64,000 nucleotides of DNA from Vicinamibacteria bacterium (lineage in GTDB: Bacteria > Acidobacteriota > Vicinamibacteria > Marinacidobacterales > Marinacidobacteraceae): the NCBI GenBank assembly GCA_965199715.1, contig OZ241322.1:2208001-2272000 (forward strand), in the 5' to 3' direction. The notes below the pieces were generated by a model that did not search any database, was not told the DNA's origin, and saw only the letters and a list, made by a program, of their open reading frames with translations. Of this stretch, positions 40,600-50,628 are shown piece after piece (position 1 is the first letter of the stretch; every line of letters begins with the position of its first letter). The translations under genes and the position numbers were made by a program.

Positions 40600-41949
40600 T
40601 CAGTGCGGCCGGTCCTGACGGGGGATGAGCAGCAGCCGCTCCGCCCGCGGATCGATGTACCAGGTGGACTCGCCGTCGAACAGCGCGTCCTCCTCCAGCG
40701 CGATCCGCACCTCCTGGCCGCCCCACTCGGGCACCGGAACCCGCGCGTTCAGCTCGATCGAGTGCGCGGTCATCGGGAAGAGCGGGTAATCGCCCTTTCC
40801 GGGCACGCCGTCCTGCCGGTCCCACAGACCGATCGTCGGCCCGGCGCCGTGCCCGTGGTAGCCGATCGGGTGCGTGTAGATGGATGCCTTGATCCCCTCC
40901 ACGCTGGCCTGCTCGAGCGCCGCGCCCAGGATCTCGTTGCCGCTGCGCCCGGCGACGAACTCGGCGGTGAGGACGTCCTGGAGCCGGTTGCCGATCCGAA
41001 GCGCCTCGCGCAGCCCCTCCGGCGCGTCCGTCTCGCCGGGCCGCAGCACGTAGGCGTTCATCTGCGTGTCCGTGTTCAGCCGCAGGTAGGTGATCCCGAA
41101 ATCCACGTGGATCAGGTCGCCCGGCAGGATCACGTTCGGCGCCGGCCGGGCCGAGTAGTCCTCGCGCAGTTCCTCCGCGCCGGTCTCGTGGCGCTGGACC
41201 GAGACGCCCGGCTGGAACCACGCCTGCAGCTTGAGTTCGCGGATCTTCTCCCGGTACCACCACGACACGTCGTCGGTCGTCGTCGCGCCGGGCTGGATCA
41301 CCTCGCCCGACAGCCCCTCGGAGAGGATCCAGCGGGCGAGCCGCACCACGCCGGGATAGACCTCCATCTCCTCGGGCGTCCTCGTCTCGAGCCACGCGAT
41401 CGCGAGCCGCTCGACCCCCTTCAACCGGCTCGCGAGCTCCGGCCCGAGCGCCGCCCGCATCGCGGCGTTCTCGCTCGCCGTGAACCCGTCGGCGAGGCCG
41501 AAGTCCTCCGACCAGTTGATTCCGATGACGTCGGGGTCGCGCTCCCGCACCAGCTCGGCGACCCGCGCCCACTGGTCGGGCTCGTTGTCGGGATCCCACG
41601 CCCTCGGGATGCCGCCGATGTCGTAACGGGCCACCGCGAGCCGCTCCACGCCCTCGGCCGGACCCCGGTCGTGGAACATCAGCACCGTCCGCCGCCGCGC
41701 CGCGAGCCACGTGTACGGCAGCATCGTGCGGATCACCGGATCCTCGTTGTACTCGCGGGCGGCCACGATCCACAGGTCCACGCCCTCCCGCCGCATGATC
41801 TCCGGCAGCACCGTCTCGAAGCGGACCTCGAGCCAGCGATCCACGAGCGCAGCGCGTTCGCGCATGGGAAGGACGCTCGGCTGCGCCGGGGCGACGGACG
41901 CCGCGCAGGCGAGCAGCAGGAACGGGGGAAGGACGCGGCGAAGGGTCAC
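40600..41949 (-). CDS. M24 family (Xaa-Pro) aminopeptidase, secreted
   Basis: HVDFGI, NTDTQ, YTHPIGYHGH, SIELN, LEED. GAGGAG RBS before GTG 41949. Confidence 0.88.
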   Translation of the reverse strand: MTLRRVLPPFLLLACAASVAPAQPSVLPMRERAALVDRWLEVRFETVLPEIMRREGVDLWIVAAREYNEDPVIRTMLPYTWLAARRRTVLMFHDRGPAEGVERLAVARYDIGGIPRAWDPDNEPDQWARVAELVRERDPDVIGINWSEDFGLADGFTASENAAMRAALGPELASRLKGVERLAIAWLETRTPEEMEVYPGVVRLARWILSEGLSGEVIQPGATTTDDVSWWYREKIRELKLQAWFQPGVSVQRHETGAEELREDYSARPAPNVILPGDLIHVDFGITYLRLNTDTQMNAYVLRPGETDAPEGLREALRIGNRLQDVLTAEFVAGRSGNEILGAALEQASVEGIKASIYTHPIGYHGHGAGPTIGLWDRQDGVPGKGDYPLFPMTAHSIELNARVPVPEWGGQEVRIALEEDALFDGESTWYIDPRAERLLLIPRQDRPH

Positions 41950-42008
41950 GGGCGGGCTCCTCGGGGGGCCGGAAGGATACCGGTACACTCGAATTGCGGA
42001 GGCTCTCC

Positions 42009-43577
42009 ATGCGACGACTCGTTCCCTTCCTGCTCGGCTTGGCGCTGACCGGCTGCGCCGAGTCGTACGACGTGATCCTCGTCGGAGGCGAAGTCGTTGA
42101 CGGCGGAGGAGAACCGGCGCGGTCGGCGGACGTCGGCATCCGCGGCGACCGAATCGCGGCGGTCGGCGATCTGATGTGGGCGCGCTCGCCGATGCGGGTG
42201 GACGTCTCCGGCCTGACGGTCGTTCCGGGGTTCGTGGACATCCACTCCCACGCGGTCCGCGGGGTCATGCGCCATCCGCTCGCCGAGAACTACCTCCGCC
42301 AGGGGGTCACGACCGCGGTGGGCGGCCCCGACGGCGGCTCTCCGCTGCCGATCGGCGCCTGGCTCGACGACTTCGAGGCCGAGGGCTCCGCGATCAACAT
42401 GGCGCTGCTCGTGGGGCACGGAACCGTGCGCCGCGAGGTCCTCGGCATGGAGGACCGGGCGCCGACGCCCGGCGAGCTGGAGACGATGCGGGGGCTCGTC
42501 GATACGGCGATGCGGGAAGGGGCCTGGGGCCTCTCCACCGGCCTCAAGTACACGCCCGCGGCCTTCGCCGAGACCGAGGAAGTGATCGAACTCGCGAAGG
42601 TGGCCGCCCGGTATCGCGGCGTCCACATCAGCCACATGCGCGAGGAGGGGCTCGCGCTCATGGACGCGGTGCGCGAGACGATCCGCATCGGCGAGGAGGG
42701 CGGCCTGCCCACCCAGCTCACCCACCACAAGGTCGTCGGGGCGCCGATGTGGGGCCGCAGCGTCGAGAGCCTGCGGCTCGTGGACGAGGCGGTCGCCCGG
42801 GGCGTGGACGTGACCATCGACCAGTACCCGTACACCGCTTCCTCCACCGGGCTCACGATCCTGTTCCCGGCGTGGAGCCTCGCCGGCGGCGGCGACGCGC
42901 TGCTGGAACGCCTCGCCGATCCCGACCAGCGCGAGGCGATTCGGCTCGCGGTGCGCGAGAACCTCGACGTGGATCGGGGCGGCGGCAGCCCCGACAATGT
43001 CGTGATCGCCCGCTGCGCGTGGGACCCGTCGCTCGAGGGGAAGAGCCTCGGCGACATCCTCCGCGAACGCGGCCTCGAGCCGACCACCGACGAGGGCGCG
43101 ACCCTCGCGCTGGAGCTTCAGGAGAAGGGCGGGTTCGGCGGCGTCTTCCACGCGATGCACGAGGACGACGTGCGGCGGATCATGGCCCACCCGCGGACGA
43201 TGATCGCGTCCGACGGCGGCGTGGTGGCCCCGGGAGAGGGCGTGCCCCACCCGCGCAACTACGGAACGTTCGCCCGGGTGCTGAGCCTCTACGTGCGCGA
43301 GGGCGGGCTGTTCAGCTTCGAGGAGGCGATCCACAAGATGAGCCGGATGCCCGCGGACCGGCTCGGGCTCTCCGACCGGGGCCGGATCGAGGACGGCGCG
43401 ATCGCCGATCTCGCGGTTCTGGACCCGGACGCCGTCGAGGAGCATGCGAAGTTCGGGGATCCGCACCACTACTCCACCGGAGTCGGCCACGTGATGGTCG
43501 CCGGCGAGTTCGTGCTGCGCGACGGCGAGGTCACCGGAGCTCGCCCCGGTCGGGCCCTGCGCAACCCGGGCTCGTGA
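42009..43577 (+). CDS. D-aminoacylase family lipoprotein
   Basis: Lipobox LTGC, PGFVDIHSH, QGVTT, SHMR, THHK, ASDG, PHPRNYGTF. Confidence 0.9.
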   Translation: MRRLVPFLLGLALTGCAESYDVILVGGEVVDGGGEPARSADVGIRGDRIAAVGDLMWARSPMRVDVSGLTVVPGFVDIHSHAVRGVMRHPLAENYLRQGVTTAVGGPDGGSPLPIGAWLDDFEAEGSAINMALLVGHGTVRREVLGMEDRAPTPGELETMRGLVDTAMREGAWGLSTGLKYTPAAFAETEEVIELAKVAARYRGVHISHMREEGLALMDAVRETIRIGEEGGLPTQLTHHKVVGAPMWGRSVESLRLVDEAVARGVDVTIDQYPYTASSTGLTILFPAWSLAGGGDALLERLADPDQREAIRLAVRENLDVDRGGGSPDNVVIARCAWDPSLEGKSLGDILRERGLEPTTDEGATLALELQEKGGFGGVFHAMHEDDVRRIMAHPRTMIASDGGVVAPGEGVPHPRNYGTFARVLSLYVREGGLFSFEEAIHKMSRMPADRLGLSDRGRIEDGAIADLAVLDPDAVEEHAKFGDPHHYSTGVGHVMVAGEFVLRDGEVTGARPGRALRNPGS

Positions 43578-45067
43578 GCGCGTCCCGCTCGGTCGTCGCC
43601 GCCGTCGATCAGGGAACCACCAGCAGCCGTTGCCTGCTCTTCGACCGGAGCGGGCGGGTCGTCGGCGCCGCGCAGCGCGAGCACCGCCAGATTACGCCGG
43701 ACCGGGGCCTCGTCGAGCACGACGCGGCGGAGATTCGGGACCGGGTGTTCGAGACCGCCGCCGGGGCGCTCGCGTCCGCCGGCCTGACCGGCGCGGACGT
43801 GGCTGCGGTCGGGATCACGAACCAGCGCGAGACGACGGTCGTCTGGGACCCCGAGACCGGCGAGCCGCTCGCGCCCGCGATCGTGTGGCAGGACACCCGC
43901 ACCCGCGCCCTCGCCGACGGATTCGCGGAGAGGGTGGGAGCCGAGCGGCTGCGGGAGATCACCGGGCTGCCCGCGGCGACGTACTTCTCGGGCCCGAAGC
44001 TGCAGTGGCTGCTCCGCAACGTCCCGGATCTGCCGGAGCGGGCGCTCTTCGGAACGGTCGATTCGTGGATTTTGTGGAACCTGACCGGGGACCGCCGGCA
44101 CCTCACCGACGCGACCAACGCGAGCCGCACCCAGATGATGGACCTCGCCGACTGCCGCTGGAGTCCAGAACTGCTGGAGGCGCTCGGGGTTCCCGCGCGG
44201 ATGCTGCCGGAGATCGTGCCGTCGTCGGATCCCGAAGCGTTCGGCCGGACGAAGGCGGACGGCCCCTTCGGCGCGGAGATCCCGATCGCCGGCGTGATCG
44301 GCGACCAGCAGGCGGCGCTCCTCGGCCAGCAGTGCCGCCGGCCCGGCGAAGCCAAGTGCACCTACGGAACCGGCGCGTTCCTGCTGCTTCACACGGGATC
44401 CCGACCGGTTCCCTCTTCTTCGGGGATGCTCACGACGGTCGCCTACGCCGACCGAACCGGGGTCGAGTACGCGCTGGAGGGCGCGGTGGCGGTCGCCGGG
44501 TCGCTCGTCCAGTGGCTGCGCGACCAGCTCGGGTTCGCCGACACGGCGGCCGCGGTCGAGAAGCTGGCGCTCGACGTTCCCGACACCGGGGGCGTGTACG
44601 TCGTCCCCGCGTTCTCGGGCCTATTCGCCCCGTGGTGGCGCGCCGACGCCCGCGGCGTGATCTGCGGGCTGACCCGGTTCGCCGACCGCCGCCACCTTGC
44701 CCGCGCCGCCCTCGAGGCGACGGCGTTCCAGGTCGCCGACGTGCTCGAGGCGATGCGCAAGGACACGGGCGAGCCGATTTCCGAGCTGCGCGTCGATGGC
44801 GGGATGACGGTGTCCGACCTGCTGCTCGGATTCCAGGCGGACATCCTCGGCGTGCCGGTGGTGCGCCCCGTCCAGCGCGAGACGACCGCGCTCGGGGCCG
44901 CGATCGCGGCGGGCCTCGCCGTCGGATTCTGGGAGTCGGGAGCGGACCTCCGCGCCGCGCTCGCCGAGGACGCCCGCTTCGAGCCGGGCATGGAGGCGGA
45001 GGAGCGCGAGAACCGAATGGCCGACTGGCGGCGGGCGGTGGAGCGCAGCCTCGACTGGGCGCGGTGA
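43574..45067 (+). CDS. glpK: glycerol kinase
   Basis: DQGTTSSR, GITNQRETT, TYFSGPK, TNASRT, GDQQAAL, KCTYGTG, PAFSGLFAP, VDGG. Confidence 0.96.
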   Translation: MSASRSVVAAVDQGTTSSRCLLFDRSGRVVGAAQREHRQITPDRGLVEHDAAEIRDRVFETAAGALASAGLTGADVAAVGITNQRETTVVWDPETGEPLAPAIVWQDTRTRALADGFAERVGAERLREITGLPAATYFSGPKLQWLLRNVPDLPERALFGTVDSWILWNLTGDRRHLTDATNASRTQMMDLADCRWSPELLEALGVPARMLPEIVPSSDPEAFGRTKADGPFGAEIPIAGVIGDQQAALLGQQCRRPGEAKCTYGTGAFLLLHTGSRPVPSSSGMLTTVAYADRTGVEYALEGAVAVAGSLVQWLRDQLGFADTAAAVEKLALDVPDTGGVYVVPAFSGLFAPWWRADARGVICGLTRFADRRHLARAALEATAFQVADVLEAMRKDTGEPISELRVDGGMTVSDLLLGFQADILGVPVVRPVQRETTALGAAIAAGLAVGFWESGADLRAALAEDARFEPGMEAEERENRMADWRRAVERSLDWAR

Positions 45068-45441
45068 TCCGCCGCCTCCAGACCCTGAACTTCCGCTGCC
45101 TGCGGCACATGGACGTGAAGGCAGAACGGGAACTCGGAGTCTCGTGGGTGCGGGAAGTGATCCAGGCCAAGCGGCACAGGCACACGATCCAGAGGAAGGA
45201 ACTCGACGCCCTACGCGGGTCGCTCTACCGATTCGACGCGGTTCGCGGGACCATCGTGGCTACGTCGAGTTTCTCTAAGGGAGCGCAGGACGCGGCGTTC
45301 GCGCAGGGCGCGGCGCCGATCACGCTGATCGACGGCGAGAAGCTCGTTGATCTACTGGTTGAACACAACATCGGGGTCCGAAAGGAGTCCGTGGAGTTCC
45401 TGACCCTGGACGCGGAAGGGCTGGCTCCGGATGAAGACTAG
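45064..45441 (+). pseudogene. chimera: N-terminus of an ABC/SMC-like ATPase joined to the catalytic C-terminal domain of an Mrr-like restriction endonuclease
   Basis: MIRRLQTLNFRCLRHMDV (ATPase-type first strands), then D...QAKR, TSSFS..A and ITLIDGEKLVDLLVEH (Mrr_cat-like). Confidence 0.7.
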
Positions 45442-45475
45442 GGCCGCCCGAGCGCCCGCCGAGGACTGATTCGCC

Positions 45476-48261
45476 GTGCGTCTGTCGTGGAAGGAAGTGC
45501 ACGACGCTGCCGTCTGTTTTAGGGAGGAGTGGAAGGACGCAGCCTACGAGAAGGGCGAGGCCCAGAGCTTCTGGAACGACTTCTTCGAGGTCTTCGGCGT
45601 TCGGCGGCGGAGCGTCGCCCGGTACGAGCATCATGTCTCGAAGCTGGACAACACTGCCGGGTTCATCGACCTCTTCTGGCCCGGCGTGCTGCTCGTTGAA
45701 CAGAAGAGCGCGGGGCGCGACCTGAACGCGGCTCTCGACCAGGCCGGGGACTACTTCGACGCCCTGGAGGAGCACGACAAGCCGCGTTTTCTGCTCGTCA
45801 GCGACTTCCAGCGCTTCGAGCTTCACGACCTCGACGAGGACAGTGTGGTGGCCTTCGCGCTCGCCGAACTGCCCGAACACGTCCAGTCGTTCGGGTTCAT
45901 CCTTGGTGTCCAGCGCCGCACCTTTCGGGATCAGGACCCGGCCAACATCGAAGCTGCGGAGCTGGTCGGCGGGCTGCACGACGCGCTGGAGGCCGCGGGA
46001 TACGGCGGGCACGATCTCGAGAGGTTCCTCGTCCGAATCGCCTTCTGCTTGTTCGCCGACGACACTGGCGTGTTCGAGCCGCGCGACATCCTGCTCGACC
46101 TGATCGAGGAACGGACGAGCGAGGACGGGGCGGATCTCGGCCTTTGGCTCGCCCAATTGTTCGAGGTGCTCGATACGCCTGAAGACGAGCGTGCGGCGAC
46201 GCTCGACGAGGATTTGGCGCAGTTCCCGTACATCAACGGCGACCTCTTCCGGGAGCGCTTGGGATTCTTTTCGTTCAACGCCGAGATGCGTCAGAAATTA
46301 CTCGCGGCCTGTCGCTTCGATTGGTCGAACATTTCGCCTGCGATTTTCGGGGCGCTCTTTCAGTCGGTCATGGACCCCGAGGAGCGCCGGAAGAAGGGGG
46401 CGCACTACACGACCGAGAAGAACATCCTCAAGGTCATCGAGCCGCTCTTCATGGACGATCTGCGGGCCGAGTTCGAGCGGTTGCGGAAGCGGCGAGGCGG
46501 TGGGCGCCGCGCCGCCCTCCGTGAGTTTCAGGCCAAGCTCGGGCGCTTGAAGTTTCTCGATCCGGCGTGCGGATGCGGAAACTTCCTCATCATCGCCTAT
46601 CGGGAACTCCGGCTGCTGGAGATCGACGTTCTTCGCGAGATAAAGAGCGCTGGCCCTGCGCTCGATGCGAAGTGGCAGTCGGCCTTGGACGTGCATCAGT
46701 TCCACGGCATCGAGATCGGCGAGTTTCCGGCGCGCATCGCCGAGACGGCGTTGTGGATGATGGACCACATCATGAACAACCGGCTGAGCCTCGAGTTCGG
46801 CCAGAGCTTTCTGCGAATTCCGCTTGAGAGTTCACCGCGTATTCGCCACGCGGACGCCCTCGAAATCGACTGGGCCGAGGTGCTGCCGCCAGAGGAGTGC
46901 TCCTTCGTGCTCGGCAATCCGCCGTTCGGCGGCTCCAAGGTCCAGTCATCGGACCAGCGGAGACAGGTGCGCCGGATCGCGGCCTTGGGCGGGAGCGGCG
47001 GCACGCTCGACTATGTCGCCGCTTGGTTCATCCTCGCGGGTGAGTACGTCAAGTGCGGCGAGGCACGAATCGGCTTCGTTGCGACGAACTCGGTCACGCA
47101 GGGGGAGCAGGTGGCCCAGTTGTGGCCGATTCTGTTTGGGCGCGGCGGCCTCGAAATCGCGTTCGCGCACCGAACGTTCGCGTGGATGTCCGAGGCGCGC
47201 GGAGCGGCGCACGTGTACGTTGCCATCCTCGGGCTTGATCGGCGGAACTCGTCGCGGAGCAGAAAGCGCCTCTTCAGCTACGCGGATGTCAACGGCGATC
47301 CGGTGGAGAGTGCGCACTCTTCGCTCTCGCCCTACCTGTTCGATGCTGGCGGGCTGTCCGATCCGCGCTTGGTGGTGCGGGAAGAAGGCGCTCCGATCAA
47401 TGGAATGCGCCGACTGCTTTCGGGAACCCAACCGATCGACGGAGGTCAGTTCATCTTCGACACTGCTGGCCGAACGGGATTCTTGAACGTGGAACCCGGT
47501 GCTTCTCGTTATCTCCGCCCGTACGTCGGGACGCAGGAGTACCTGCATGGTGGCGAGCGTTGGATTCTCGCCCTGCAGGACGCATCGCCAACGGATTTGG
47601 GGCGACTCCCCCTAGTGCGAGCCCGTATGGCTGCCGTCCGCGAATTTCGGTCGAAGAGCAAACGAAAGAGCACGCTCGCCATTGCACACACACCGACTCG
47701 GTACAACGTCGAGGTTCTGCCGGATGCGCCGTTCCTATTGATTCCGGAGGTCAGTACGGCGCGGCGGGAGTACGTGCCCATCGGGTGGCTAGACCCGCCG
47801 ACGATCCCAAGCAGCCTAGTGAAGCTCTTGGTGAATGCCAGCCTATGTGATTTCGCGCTCCTCACCTCCGCGATGCACATGGCGTGGTTGCGTCAAATCG
47901 GCGGCCGACTCGGCAACGCCTACAGGTACTCCATCGGATTGGTGTACAACACTTTCCCGCCCCCCCCCCAATTTCGCTTGAGCAACTCTCCACCCTCGAC
48001 CCGCTCGCCCAAGCCGTGCTCGACGCCCGCGACAACCATCCGAACGAGACCCTCGCCAATCTCTACGACCCGGATCTCATGCCCGGCGACCTGCGGAAGG
48101 CCCACCGGACGCTGGACCGGGCCGTGGACCGGCTCTACCGCCCCCGCAAGTTCTCGTCCGAGCGGGAACGCGTGGAGCACCTGTTCGGGCTCTACGAGAA
48201 GATGGTCGCCCCGCTTCGGCTGAACGCCGCGAAGAAGAAACGCCGCAGGCGAAGGAAGTGA
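45476..48261 (+). CDS. MmeI-like type IIL restriction-modification enzyme, frameshifted at a poly-C tract
   Basis: IDLFWPGVLLVEQKS (nuclease), GAHYT, LDPACGCGNF (motif I) and GNPPF (motif IV). The conserved tail LANLYDPDLMP..LRKAH..LDRAVDRLY lies in the -1 frame after C10 at 47960-47969. Confidence 0.9.
47960..47969. repeat. poly-C homopolymer (C10) at the frameshift
   Basis: TTC CCG CCCCCCCCCC AATTTCG; C11 or C8 restores the frame. Confidence 0.9.
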
Positions 48262-48271
48262 TCGAGACGGA

Positions 48272-49339
48272 TCAGACCAGCCGGGTTTCCGCCACCGGCC
48301 AGTGGACGCGCACTTGGTCGCCATCCCGCGCCATTCGAGCCGCCATCGAGTTGCCCCGCGCCAGCAGGCGCTGGCCGCCGCCGAGTTCGAGCACGAGGTC
48401 CAGCCGGTCGCCCAGATATACCACCTGCTTCACGACCGCGCCCATAGAGTTGAATCCGGGGGTCGGCGGGGGATGCCCGACCTCGACGGCCTCGGGGCGG
48501 ACGCCGGCCATGAGGCGCTCGCCCGCCGCCGCCTCGTCCGGCGCGATCCGCAGCGTCTCGCCGCCGGGGAGCCGGAAGCTGCCGGGTCGGTCGGGGTCGG
48601 GTTCGACCGGCAGCAGGTTCATCCTGCCGACGAAGTTGGCGACGAACTCGGTGGCCGGGCGGGCGTAGAGGTCCCTTGGGGTGGCGCACTGGTGGATGCG
48701 CCCCTCGTGGAGCACCGCGACCCGGTCGGCGACGGCCAGCGCCTCTTCCTGATCGTGGGTCACCCACACGGTCGTGGCCTCGTACTCGCGCTGGAGTCCG
48801 CCGACGAGCGCCCGCAGGTCCCGTCGCAGCGTCGCGTCGGCGCTGGAAAACGGCTCGTCCAGCAGGAGCACGGACGGGCGGATCGCAAGGGCCCGCGCCA
48901 GCGCGACCCGCTGCGCTTCGCCCCCGGAGAGCGTGCGCGGGTACTTGTCGCCGTGGGCGTCCAGTCCGACCTTGAGGAGGAGTTCGTCCGCGATCTCCTG
49001 TGCCTCGGCGCGGGGGACTCCGCGGCGCTCGGGGCCGAAGCTGACGTTCCGCCGCACGGTCAGGTGCGGAAACAGCGCGTGGCTCTGGAAGACCATGCCC
49101 ACGTGGCGCTCCTCGGGGGGCGCGCCGGACATCTCGTCGCCGCCGATCCAGATCTCGCCGCCGTCCGGTTCGAGGTAGCCGGCGACGCAGCGCAGGATCG
49201 TGGACTTGCCGGATCCGCTCGGGCCGAGCAGCGCGACCCGCTCGCCCGGCTCGACCGTCAGATCGACGCCGGCGACGGCTTCGACTTCGCCATAGGACTT
49301 GCGCAGCCCGTCGAGGACGAGGCCCTGGCTGCGTTTCAT
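48272..49339 (-). CDS. ABC transporter ATP-binding protein (PotA-like, TOBE domain)
   Basis: GPSGSGKS, LSGGEAQR, LLLDEP, VTHDQEEA. Confidence 0.95.
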   Translation of the reverse strand: MKRSQGLVLDGLRKSYGEVEAVAGVDLTVEPGERVALLGPSGSGKSTILRCVAGYLEPDGGEIWIGGDEMSGAPPEERHVGMVFQSHALFPHLTVRRNVSFGPERRGVPRAEAQEIADELLLKVGLDAHGDKYPRTLSGGEAQRVALARALAIRPSVLLLDEPFSSADATLRRDLRALVGGLQREYEATTVWVTHDQEEALAVADRVAVLHEGRIHQCATPRDLYARPATEFVANFVGRMNLLPVEPDPDRPGSFRLPGGETLRIAPDEAAAGERLMAGVRPEAVEVGHPPPTPGFNSMGAVVKQVVYLGDRLDLVLELGGGQRLLARGNSMAARMARDGDQVRVHWPVAETRLV

Positions 49340-50628
49340 CGGCCGAAGAGCCTTCCGGCGGGGGCCGAAAGCGCCACGGACGCGGGGTCGGGGAGCGTCA
49401 GGTCCGCGGTGAAGCGCTGGAAGCGCTCGCGGATCGCGACCTCGTCGGGCCAGGGGGAGTCCGCCTCCGCGGTCCGGCCGGCGATCGTGACGCGGGCGCG
49501 GCGCACCCGCACTCCCGGCGGGCCGAAGTTCCGCGATACCACCCGCACTCGGCCGGCCGCTTCGCGAACCGCCTCGAACTCGGCGAAGTCCGCGGCTTCG
49601 AGCGGCTGGCGCTTCAGGAAGAGCGCGACGGCGGAAGGGATGTGCATCTGCGCGGCGATCGGGGCGCGAACCGGCTCGGCCCACCCCGAGACGGTCGTCG
49701 AGAACGGATAGGTCTCGACAATTATGGAGCCGCCGTCGTCCGCGCCGAGGGCTTCGAGCGCCTCGAGCGCGGGCTGGATGGCGCGCGAGCCGGGGTGCTT
49801 CTTGGGTTGGACCCTCGGGACGGCGGCCTCGAACCGTTCCCCCGGCGAGCGCGGCGCGGCGGGCGGCTCGGGGAAGGCGGGGTCGAGGACGGCGGCCGCG
49901 CCGAGCGCCTGTCCCCACGCGCCGTAGAGCAGCTTCACCGGGTTCCCTTCGGCGAAGGCGCGGTACGGATGCGCCGGGAGCGCCGCGTCCGCCCGCCGCA
50001 GCGCGGCCGCCATCGCGTCGGGCGCAAGACGCGCCAGCCGTCCGACCGCGGCCGCCGCCGGCAGCGGCGCGGTCGCGCCCGGCGCATGGACTCCGGCCGG
50101 CTCCATGAGCGGGCCGTAGCGGTCGCGGACGAACGCCCCGACCCCGCATCCGACGGTCAGCGCGTCCAGAAGCTCGGCGAGCGGGCGGTCCAGCGCCTCG
50201 GCCGCCGCGACCGCCGCGGCGACGCACTCCGGCCCGGCGTGCAGCTCCAGCGCGTCGCCGACCATCCGGTTCCACAGGATCGCCCCCGTCAGCGGCGCCG
50301 TCGAGGCGCCCCCGACGGGGCGCCACAGCCGCGCCGGCGGCCCCGAACCCCAGTCGGGCAGGGCGCGGGGAACGCCGAGCGTCGCGACCGGGGGCGCCGC
50401 CCCGATCGCGAGCACGTCGGTCAACCAGACGAGCGCCGCCCGGCGGTCCTCGTCGCCGAAGCGCGCCGTCGCCGCCCACTCGGCGGCCGCATCCAGCCCG
50501 GCGAGCCGGGGCAGGGGCGGCCGGGCGAAGGGATCGGGAACGCTCGACGGTCCGGCGGGCGAGTGGAACCCGAAGTCGGGAGGCTCGCAGGCGAACCAGC
50601 GGCCGGGGAGCGGGTCGAGTCCGGTCAC
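49336..50628 (-). CDS. divergent MmgE/PrpD-family protein
   Basis: DALELHAG...AAVAAAE, GVHAPG, VKLLYGA, KKHPG, AQMHIP. Translationally coupled within the ABC operon. Confidence 0.6.
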   Translation of the reverse strand: MTGLDPLPGRWFACEPPDFGFHSPAGPSSVPDPFARPPLPRLAGLDAAAEWAATARFGDEDRRAALVWLTDVLAIGAAPPVATLGVPRALPDWGSGPPARLWRPVGGASTAPLTGAILWNRMVGDALELHAGPECVAAAVAAAEALDRPLAELLDALTVGCGVGAFVRDRYGPLMEPAGVHAPGATAPLPAAAAVGRLARLAPDAMAAALRRADAALPAHPYRAFAEGNPVKLLYGAWGQALGAAAVLDPAFPEPPAAPRSPGERFEAAVPRVQPKKHPGSRAIQPALEALEALGADDGGSIIVETYPFSTTVSGWAEPVRAPIAAQMHIPSAVALFLKRQPLEAADFAEFEAVREAAGRVRVVSRNFGPPGVRVRRARVTIAGRTAEADSPWPDEVAIRERFQRFTADLTLPDPASVALSAPAGRLFGR

